From Candidatus Omnitrophota bacterium (GTDB lineage Bacteria; Omnitrophota; Gorgyraeia; Zapsychrales; Zapsychraceae), in assembly GCA_023247445.1 (NCBI GenBank), contig JAHFGL010000003.1:14128-78127 (forward strand): 64,000 nt of DNA, given 5' to 3'. Positions within the stretch are counted from its first letter, which is position 1. Each line of letters opens with the position of its first letter. A model generated the notes under the pieces. That model was not told the DNA's origin, did not search any database, and worked only from the letters and a program-made list of their open reading frames with translations. The translations under genes were made by a program, and so were the position numbers. This document shows, one piece after another, positions 57,006 to 64,000 of this stretch.

Positions 57006-57011
57006 CCCGTC

Positions 57012-57869
57012 ATGAAATCTCTGCATCTTAAGTCTCCTGCCAAAGTTAACCTTTATTTAAAAGTCATTAATAAAAGACCAGATGGATTTCATAATATTGA
57101 AACCCTTTTTGAACGGATTAATCTTTTTGATGATATTTATTTTAAATTGACCAATGATTCAAAGATTCGTATTCGTTGTAATCATCCACACGTTCCTTGT
57201 GGGCCGAAAAATCTTGTTTATAAAGTAGCAAAACTTTTACAGCAAGATTTAGGGATTTCACAAGGGGTTGAAATTCGGATTAACAAGCGAATCCCGGTAG
57301 CTGCAGGGTTGGCTGGCGGATCAAGCAACGCGGCCACCGCTTTGATCGGTCTAAATAAGCTATGGAATTTGGGGCTTAGCCAGAAACAGCTTGTTGGTTA
57401 TGGCCAAACAATAGGTAGTGACGTGGCATTCTTTTTATATGACTATTCTTGGGCTCTGGGAACGCAAAGAGGGGATAAAATTAAGCAGGTTAAAATTCCT
57501 AAAGTTTTGTGGCATGTCCTTGTTATACCTAAGATTAAGTTATATGCCAAAGACGTCTATGGGCACCTGAATTTGAAGTTGACAAAGAGAAATGATGATG
57601 TTACTATTCTAATTCATCATTTGAGAAAAAATAATATTTTTGGTATTTGTTCTTTATTATTAAACGATTTAGAGCCTTCGATAATTGGACTTTGTCCGCG
57701 GTTATTGATATTACAAAAGCGACTAAAGTCGTTGAATACACAAGGAGTTATGATTTCTGGGAGTGGCCCATGTGTTTTTTGCCTTACGGAAAACCAACGG
57801 CAAGCTAAAAAAATTCAAACAATTTTGAAGCGACAATTTGCCCAAGTTTTTGTTGTAAGAACGTTTTAA
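57012..57869 (+). CDS. ispE: 4-diphosphocytidyl-2-C-methyl-D-erythritol kinase
   Basis: PAKVNL, IPVAAGLAGGSS, SGSG. Confidence 0.96.
   Translation: MKSLHLKSPAKVNLYLKVINKRPDGFHNIETLFERINLFDDIYFKLTNDSKIRIRCNHPHVPCGPKNLVYKVAKLLQQDLGISQGVEIRINKRIPVAAGLAGGSSNAATALIGLNKLWNLGLSQKQLVGYGQTIGSDVAFFLYDYSWALGTQRGDKIKQVKIPKVLWHVLVIPKIKLYAKDVYGHLNLKLTKRNDDVTILIHHLRKNNIFGICSLLLNDLEPSIIGLCPRLLILQKRLKSLNTQGVMISGSGPCVFCLTENQRQAKKIQTILKRQFAQVFVVRTF
57579..57607 (+). promoter_or_regulatory. internal sigma70 promoter in ispE
   Basis: TTGACA-17bp-TACTAT with TGn extension. Confidence 0.55.
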
Positions 57870-57885
57870 ATAAGAGATAAACGCC

Positions 57886-58266
57886 ATGGAGATTACAGAA
57901 ATACGTGTATTTCTCAAGGAAGGCCAAGATAAGAAATTAAAAGCGTATACAACAGTTACTTTTGACAACGCTTTTGTGGTTCGAAATATAAAAGTCATTC
58001 AGGGATCAAGCGGTCTTTTTATAGCTATGCCGTCGAGAAAGATGAAGCATGCTTGTTCCAAATGTAATTTTAAGAATGAAGTAGGCAGTAAATTTTGTAA
58101 TCAGTGCGGGGCACAATTACCAGTAATAACTGAGCATGAAGTTGAGGGGGATAATAAGTTAGAGCATCGTGATATTGCTCACCCTATAACGCAGCAATTT
58201 CGTGAATACCTACAGAATAAGATTTTAGAGGCCTTCGCAAAGGAAACTTCGGCAACAGGTCATTGA
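57886..58266 (+). CDS. spoVG: SpoVG with zinc-ribbon insertion
   Basis: MEITEIR, FIAMPSRK, DIAHPI; CSKC..CNQC insert. Confidence 0.92.
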   Translation: MEITEIRVFLKEGQDKKLKAYTTVTFDNAFVVRNIKVIQGSSGLFIAMPSRKMKHACSKCNFKNEVGSKFCNQCGAQLPVITEHEVEGDNKLEHRDIAHPITQQFREYLQNKILEAFAKETSATGH

Positions 58267-58474
58267 AGCAAAATCTTCCTAAAGGTAAACTCAAATAAAT
58301 AGAAATTTTGATAGTTCTTTTTAATGATTCGATTGTGATTTGTTGTGATGGTTTTGCCCGCCGCTTGCTTTTTAGAAGATTGTGAAAATATTGCCCGGCC
58401 CTGATTTATTTGAATGTTTTGTGGAAATCAGGACTGGTCAAAATTTTTTCTGGATGATTTAATGTGGTAATTTT

Positions 58475-58545
58475 TGCCCGGTGGTGTAATGGTAACACAG
58501 CAGAATTTGGATCTGCTTTTCCAGGTTCGAATCCTGGCTGGGCAG
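58475..58545 (+). tRNA. tRNA-Gln(TTG)
   Basis: Acceptor TGCCCGG/CTGGGCA, anticodon arm GCAGA-ATTTGGA-TCTGC, T-arm CCAGG-TTCGAAT-CCTGG; CCA not encoded. Confidence 0.95.
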
Positions 58546-58637
58546 TGGTTCGACGCGCTCCAACATAGTTGGAGCTTGCTCACCATTGTTGCGTTGAACC
58601 ATCCTGAGCAAGTGAGTGCAACGAACGCGTCGAAGGA
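58546..58637. repeat. palindromic element directly after tRNA
   Basis: ttcgacgcg...gctcacca...cctgagc...cgcgtcgaa. Confidence 0.55.
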
Positions 58638-58669
58638 AAATAGTTACCTCTATTTAGAAATTAAATTAT

Positions 58670-59917
58670 ATGAAAGATTTACGCGCGATCATTCTGGCAG
58701 CTGGCAAAGGTACACGGATGAAATCGGATATCCCGAAGGTTCTCCATAAAGTTTGTGGACAACCAATCATCCAATATGTTTTAGACGTTGTAAAAGCCGT
58801 TGGTTCTTTGACAACATATGTTGTATTGGGACATCAAATTGATAAGGTTAAAGAATATCTACCAAGTGATTTGGTGGCCGTTGAGCAAAAGAAATTATTA
58901 GGCACAGCGGACGCAGTACGCTCGGCTGAAAAATATTTTAAGAATTATCGCGGCGATGTTTTGATTTTATGTGGCGATACACCGCTACTGAGCAAGTCAA
59001 CCGTTCGAAATATTATTCGCAAACATAAAAGTTCAAAGGCCGCGTGTACAGTTTTAACAGCTGTTGTTCATGATCCGAACGGATATGGCCGTATCATTCG
59101 TAGTGACAGCGGTGTGGCGATGGCCATTCGGGAAGATAAGGATGCGGTCGGTTTAGAACGTAACATTGCGGAAATCAACGTCGGGGTTTATTGCTTTCAA
59201 GCTAAGGAACTGTTTGCTGGGTTAAAAGAGATAAAGCTTAACCACAAGAAAAAAGAATTTTATTTAACGGATATCATTGAGTTATTTGCGCGGAAGAATT
59301 TAAAAGTTGTGACGGTTGAGACAGAAGATTCTCAGGAAGGATTGGGTGTTAACACGCGTGAAGATTTAGCGACGGCTGAAACGATTATTCGTCAAAAAGT
59401 TTTAAAAGATTTTATGTTGAGTGGAGTAACAATTGTAGATCCACAAACAACTTATATCGATCGTCATTGCCAGATTGGTCAAGATACAACGATTCGTCCT
59501 TTTACAGTTATTGAAAATAACGTTCGCGTCGGCAAACGTTGTATCATTGGACCTTTTGCAAGGTTAAGGCCAGGGGCGAGAATTGGTAATGATGTTGAGG
59601 TTGGAAATTTTACTGAAGTTAATCGAAGTAAACTTGGCGATCAAACGTTGATGAAACATTTTAGTTATTTGGGTGATGCGATTGTTGGGTCGGGAGTTAA
59701 TATTGGTGCCGGCGTTGTTACGGCCAACTTCGATGGAAAAGAAAAGAATACAACACATATCGGCAATAAAGCTTTTATTGGTTCAGATTCTGTTTTAGTG
59801 GCGCCAGTAAAGATTGGAAAAAAAGCTGTTATAGGCGCGGGCAGCGTTGTGACACGAGGTAAAGTAATTCCTGATAATAAAAAAGCATTTGGCGTTCCAG
59901 CTAGAATCATAGAATAG
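58670..59917 (+). CDS. glmU: bifunctional GlmU
   Basis: LAAGKGTRMKS, GYGRI, EFYLTD, hexapeptide repeats, H.SYLGD. Confidence 0.95.
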   Translation: MKDLRAIILAAGKGTRMKSDIPKVLHKVCGQPIIQYVLDVVKAVGSLTTYVVLGHQIDKVKEYLPSDLVAVEQKKLLGTADAVRSAEKYFKNYRGDVLILCGDTPLLSKSTVRNIIRKHKSSKAACTVLTAVVHDPNGYGRIIRSDSGVAMAIREDKDAVGLERNIAEINVGVYCFQAKELFAGLKEIKLNHKKKEFYLTDIIELFARKNLKVVTVETEDSQEGLGVNTREDLATAETIIRQKVLKDFMLSGVTIVDPQTTYIDRHCQIGQDTTIRPFTVIENNVRVGKRCIIGPFARLRPGARIGNDVEVGNFTEVNRSKLGDQTLMKHFSYLGDAIVGSGVNIGAGVVTANFDGKEKNTTHIGNKAFIGSDSVLVAPVKIGKKAVIGAGSVVTRGKVIPDNKKAFGVPARIIE

Positions 59918-59927
59918 GAAAAATAAT

Positions 59928-60878
59928 ATGAATGGTTTAGCGATTTTTACAGGCAATGCAAACCCAGAGTTAGCCAAAAAAATTTGTGCTCTTTTAAAAG
60001 TTAAGTTGACAGATGTTTTGGTTGGGCGTTTTAGCGAAGGCGAAATTCGCGTTAAGATTCAAGAAAATATTCGCGGAAAAGATGTTTTTATTATTCAGCC
60101 GACTTGTCCGCCGACAAATGAGAGCTTGATGGAACTTTTAATTATGATCGATGCGGCCAAGCGTGCTTCTGCTGATCGGATCACGCCAGTTTTGCCTTAT
60201 TATGGTTATGCACGGCAAGATCGTAAAGATCAACCACGCGTTCCTATTACGGCGAAGTTGGTAGCTAATATTATTGTTGCCGCTGGCGCTGATCGTGTTT
60301 TAACGATGGATCTACATGCGAATCAAATTCAAGGATTCTTTGATATACCCGTCGATCATTTGTATGCAATTAATGCCTTATGCGATTATTTTAACCAAAA
60401 AGAAATTAAGAATTTAGTCGTTGTTTCTCCTGATGTCGGTGGTATTAAAATGGCTCGAGCCTATGCGAAACGTTTAGGTGCGCCACTAGCGATCGTTGAT
60501 AAACGTCGTGAGAGTCCAGAAAAAACAGAGGTCATGCACATTTTAGGTGATGTTAAAGGGATGAATGCAGTTTTAGTTGATGATATTGTTGCCACGGGAG
60601 GGTCATTGGTCGAGGCAGCTTCTGCTTTATCTAAAGAAGGTGTTAAAGAAGTTTATGCTGCTGTCAGCCATGGTATTCTTTCTGGGAGCGCCATTGAGAA
60701 ATTAAATAATTGTAAAGTATTAAAGGAACTTGTAATAACGGATAGTATTCCGCTTAGTAAAGAAAAACAAATTGATAAAATTAAAGTCGTGAGTGTCGCA
60801 TCATTATTGGCTGAGGCGATTCAGCGGATTCATGATGAAGAATCGATCAGCTGTTTGTTTGATGAGACACGACAATAA
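59928..60878 (+). CDS. prs: ribose-phosphate pyrophosphokinase
   Basis: YARQDR, DLHA.QIQGFF, VDDIVATGGS. Confidence 0.97.
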   Translation: MNGLAIFTGNANPELAKKICALLKVKLTDVLVGRFSEGEIRVKIQENIRGKDVFIIQPTCPPTNESLMELLIMIDAAKRASADRITPVLPYYGYARQDRKDQPRVPITAKLVANIIVAAGADRVLTMDLHANQIQGFFDIPVDHLYAINALCDYFNQKEIKNLVVVSPDVGGIKMARAYAKRLGAPLAIVDKRRESPEKTEVMHILGDVKGMNAVLVDDIVATGGSLVEAASALSKEGVKEVYAAVSHGILSGSAIEKLNNCKVLKELVITDSIPLSKEKQIDKIKVVSVASLLAEAIQRIHDEESISCLFDETRQ

Positions 60879-60958
60879 TCCTTGGATTATAGTCCCGAAT
60901 TACATTAATTAATTTGGGGAAATTCGGGGCAGTAACTAAAAAGTGAGGCTAGGAAAAA

Positions 60959-61669
60959 ATGGAAGAAATTAAGTTAGATGTTCAAGTTAGAAATCGAATT
61001 GGAAGCCGTAAGATTCGATCGGTTCGTTCACAGAATTTTGTGCCGGCCGTTGTCTACGGAGGCAAAAAGCAGCAACCTACGACCATCCAGGTTGATCGCA
61101 AAGCCTATGAACGCATCATGCGTAATCATCGAGGAGAAAGCGTGCTCTTTCATCTTAACGTGTTAGATGGAGAGAAGAAACTCAAAGATTATTCCGCTAT
61201 TGTTAAGGAAGAACAACTTGATCCTGTACGTGATGGGGTTTTGCATATCGATTTCTATCGTATTTCTTTAACGGAAGAAATTGAAGTTAAGGTTAAGATT
61301 GTTGCACGCGGCGAGGCCATTGGTGTCAAGCAAGGTGGCGGATCGCTCGAGCATGGTTTATGGGAACTCGATGTTATCTGTTTGCCGACGAAAATTCCAG
61401 CAAAGATTGAGGTTGAGGTCGCTAACTTAAATATTGGTGATGCGATTCATGTTAAAGAACTTGTTTTGCCCGAAGGTGTCAGAACAAAGCATGATCCTGA
61501 CTCAATTGTCGTTTCTGTTGTTCCACCGATGAAAGAAGAAGTTGCTCCTGTTGATGGTGAAACAATCACTGAGCCAGAAGTAACAAAAGAGAAGAAGAAG
61601 GTAGAAGGCGCTGCTGACGCTAAGGCTGAGGGTAAAGCAGAAGAGAAACCGAAAGAAAAAACTAAATAA
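60959..61669 (+). CDS. rplY: 50S ribosomal protein L25/Ctc
   Basis: PAVVYG, HIDF, GVKQGG. Confidence 0.95.
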   Translation: MEEIKLDVQVRNRIGSRKIRSVRSQNFVPAVVYGGKKQQPTTIQVDRKAYERIMRNHRGESVLFHLNVLDGEKKLKDYSAIVKEEQLDPVRDGVLHIDFYRISLTEEIEVKVKIVARGEAIGVKQGGGSLEHGLWELDVICLPTKIPAKIEVEVANLNIGDAIHVKELVLPEGVRTKHDPDSIVVSVVPPMKEEVAPVDGETITEPEVTKEKKKVEGAADAKAEGKAEEKPKEKTK

Positions 61670-61690
61670 TTGGTTGATTAGGTTTTAACC

Positions 61691-62284
61691 TTGTCTGAAT
61701 TGCAACTTATAGTAGGTTTGGGAAATCCTGGCAAAGATTATGAATATACACGACATAATTTGGGATTTCTAGTTGTTGAGCAGTTAGCTAAAGAATTAAG
61801 TTTTCGTTTTAAAAAGAGTTCTTTTACAAAAGGATTTGTAGCCGAAGGCCAGTTTGAGGGAAAAGATGTTGCGCTTCTTTTACCACAAACATTTATGAAT
61901 CATTCTGGCCTCGCTGTAAAACCGATGGTCCAACATAAGAATATTGAGTTATCAAATATTCTAGTTGTTTGTGACGATCTAAATTTGGATTTTGGGCAGA
62001 TGCGGTTGCGGCCCAATGGTTCAGATGGTGGCCATAATGGATTAACTTCTATTAACGAACTTTTGGAGTCCAAAGAATACGCGCGGCTACGGATGGGGAT
62101 TGGTCACCCTGGGCACAAAGATCAAGTGGTTGATTATGTGCTTACAGAATTTAGTAAAGAAGAAAAGAAGGATCTCGATAACTTTATTGAACAGGCGACA
62201 ACGTGTTGTCTGGTGTGGTTGCGAGATGGGATGAATCAAGCTATGGATCAATTTAACAGAAGGAATAAAAATGGTAAAGAATGA
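61691..62284 (+). CDS. pth: peptidyl-tRNA hydrolase
   Basis: GLGNPG..Y..TRHN.GF, GGHNGL. Confidence 0.96.
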   Translation: MSELQLIVGLGNPGKDYEYTRHNLGFLVVEQLAKELSFRFKKSSFTKGFVAEGQFEGKDVALLLPQTFMNHSGLAVKPMVQHKNIELSNILVVCDDLNLDFGQMRLRPNGSDGGHNGLTSINELLESKEYARLRMGIGHPGHKDQVVDYVLTEFSKEEKKDLDNFIEQATTCCLVWLRDGMNQAMDQFNRRNKNGKE

Positions 62285-62576
62285 ATTGGTAAGAAAATAC
62301 GAATTGATGGTTATTATCGACGGCAAGTTGCCGAACGAAGAAAAAGAGGCGATTGGCAAAAGTGTTTCTGAGGCGGTTGTTAAAGGTGGCGGCCGTATTG
62401 TCAATAGCCAGGTATGGTTGGATAAACACAAATTAACATTTAAGATAAAAAAATGCGGTGAAGGATTGTATTATCTCGTCAATTTTGAAGCGGACAGCTC
62501 ATCGATTGGTAAGATAGAACCGATACTTCGGCTTAATGAGAAAATTCTTCGTTATCTAGTTAGTGTGATGGAATAA
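62271..62576 (+). CDS. rpsF: 30S ribosomal protein S6
   Basis: RKYE.M.I, G.YY...F, ILRYL; operon context. Confidence 0.9.
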   Translation: MVKNELVRKYELMVIIDGKLPNEEKEAIGKSVSEAVVKGGGRIVNSQVWLDKHKLTFKIKKCGEGLYYLVNFEADSSSIGKIEPILRLNEKILRYLVSVME

Positions 62577-62613
62577 TTATTATTTAAGCGTTTGAGGCAG
62601 AAGGAGGAGTGAA

Positions 62614-63051
62614 ATGGCGAATTTAAACAAAGTTTTTTTAATCGGAAATTTAACTCGGGATCCAGAACTGCGTTACACCCCCGGTGGAACAGCGGTGGCT
62701 AATTTGGGAATAGCCGTTAACAGAAAGTTTAAAGACAGCTCCGGAGAACTTAAAGAAGAAGTTTGCTTTTTGACAGTAACGGTTTGGGATAAACAAGCTG
62801 AGGCTTGCTGTCAGTATTTACAAAAAGGGCGTCCTGTATTTGTTGAAGGCGTTTTGCAATCTCGATTTTGGGAGACATCAGATGGACAAAAAAGAAGTGC
62901 GATTGATGTGCGCGCAGAACGAGTTCAGTTCTTAGGGACGTATGGTACACCAAAAGAAAAGGCAACGGCGGAAACGACCGAAATGGTTGACGCATCGGCA
63001 CAACAGCAAGGCGATGCCATCAAGCCAGAAGATATTGCCTGGGATGAATAA
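62614..63051 (+). CDS. ssb: single-stranded DNA-binding protein
   Basis: NKVFLIGNLTRDPELRYT, acidic tail. Confidence 0.96.
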   Translation: MANLNKVFLIGNLTRDPELRYTPGGTAVANLGIAVNRKFKDSSGELKEEVCFLTVTVWDKQAEACCQYLQKGRPVFVEGVLQSRFWETSDGQKRSAIDVRAERVQFLGTYGTPKEKATAETTEMVDASAQQQGDAIKPEDIAWDE

Positions 63052-63080
63052 AATTGTGGTTTAAATGAAAGGGGTTTGCC

Positions 63081-63365
63081 TTGTTTACAAGAAGAGAAAC
63101 TAGAAGAGAAACTAAAAGAGAAAAGAAAACGCCAAGACAAAAGATGGAGAGATTTAAGAAACCGGCAGCGAAGTTTCAATTCTCCAAGGAAAATAAAATC
63201 GATTACAAAAATTTGTCTTTGTTGCAAAAGTTTATAAGCGACCGAAGCAAAATTTATGCTAGACGTACCTCAGGGGTTACAGCCAAAGAGCAGCGTTTAC
63301 TCGTGTCCGCTATTAAAAAAGCCCGCTTTCTTGCCCTGCTTTCAACAGGCGGGATTAAAAAATAA
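63081..63365 (+). CDS. rpsR: 30S ribosomal protein S18
   Basis: IDYKN..LL.KFISDR.KI..RR.SG...K.QR....AIKKAR.LALL. Confidence 0.92.
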   Translation: MFTRRETRRETKREKKTPRQKMERFKKPAAKFQFSKENKIDYKNLSLLQKFISDRSKIYARRTSGVTAKEQRLLVSAIKKARFLALLSTGGIKK

Positions 63366-63392
63366 ATTAGCTTTTGTCGTGGAGGATATTCT

Positions 63393-63836
63393 ATGGAAGT
63401 TATATTGATTCAAGATGTTGATCATTTGGGCCGTATAGGAGAGGTTGTTAAGGTTAAAGAGGGATATGCGAGAAATTTACTTCTCCCGAAGAAATTAGCC
63501 TTCTTGGCCACCCCAGCTAACCTAAAACGTATTGACCAAGAAAAAAAGAAAAGACAGGCAGAATATAATAAACATAAAGCGGAAGCTGAAGTATTAGCGG
63601 AGAAGTTAAGTAAAGTTTCTTGTTCGCTTAATGTGGAAGTTAATGATTTAGATAAGTTGTACGGAGCCATTACATCAGCCGAAATTGCCAAGGCTTTGGA
63701 AGTTGAAGGATTCGATATTGACAAAAAGAATGTCGTGTTTGAAAAACCAATTGAAGAGTTGGGCATTTTTGAAGTTGGTATTAAATTACATTCCGAAGTG
63801 ACGGCGAAAGTACGTGTATGGGTTACCAAGAAATAG
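63393..63836 (+). CDS. rplI: 50S ribosomal protein L9
   Basis: LG..GEVVKVKEGYARN.L.P, LYGAI. Confidence 0.96.
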   Translation: MEVILIQDVDHLGRIGEVVKVKEGYARNLLLPKKLAFLATPANLKRIDQEKKKRQAEYNKHKAEAEVLAEKLSKVSCSLNVEVNDLDKLYGAITSAEIAKALEVEGFDIDKKNVVFEKPIEELGIFEVGIKLHSEVTAKVRVWVTKK

Positions 63837-64000
63837 CAAAGATCCCACCGCAGAATTTAGAAGCAGAGAAATCTGTTTTGGGATCTATGTTAATTGATGA
63901 TGAGGCCGTTGGTCTAGCCATTGAAATCTTGGATGATTCCTGGTTCTACGATGAAGCCCACCGCAAGATCTACAAAACCGTTCTTGACCTCTACAGCGAT
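63818..64000 (+). CDS. dnaB: replicative DNA helicase DnaB (3' truncated)
   Basis: MGYQEIAKIPPQNLEAEKSVLGSMLID...FY..AHRKIY; follows rplI. Confidence 0.9.
   Translation, partial: MGYQEIAKIPPQNLEAEKSVLGSMLIDDEAVGLAIEILDDSWFYDEAHRKIYKTVLDLYSD

Noticed and set aside
58474-58749. 91-aa ORF
   Set aside because: Overlaps tRNA-Gln and the glmU start; spurious
60888-60930. Hairpin upstream of rplY as an L25 leader
   Set aside because: Only an 8-bp stem (cccgaatt/aattcggg); not enough to call
63422-63829. Antisense ORFs over rplI and other core genes
   Set aside because: Reverse-frame shadows of well-supported genes

Overview
AT-rich bacterial chromosomal window, most likely Candidatus Omnitrophota (inferred from the modular secreted-protein family and the Zn-ribbon SpoVG). 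It carries housekeeping genes (trxA-panD-def-lipA, mlaEFD, greA, hisG, ispE-spoVG-tRNA-Gln-glmU-prs-rplY-pth-rpsF-ssb-rpsR-rplI-dnaB) and two clusters of duplicated GT-C-type membrane glycosyltransferases. Four things stand out. (1) Two members of a large secreted protein family (partial at 2-766, complete at 44998-49578) share a C-terminal GGI(D/N)xNP...P-LLG tail; the complete one has cargo modules (LMW-PTP-like, methyltransferase-like, unknown) separated by a recurring D-x-A-[M/L]-[V/L]-T linker. (2) A GTCAT..ATGAC REP-like palindrome occurs 7 times; four copies carry the same 77-78 bp double-hairpin element inserted at a duplicated GCG, two copies are translated in-frame within proteins and one supplies a stop codon. 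(3) A 196-bp element with four related arms and two alternative pairings lies upstream of the large gene. (4) Strand-asymmetric inverted low-complexity repeats flank a four-helix-bundle gene and also occur as empty copies in 5' UTRs and inside a signal peptide. All calls come from motif recognition by eye; no database searches were run.
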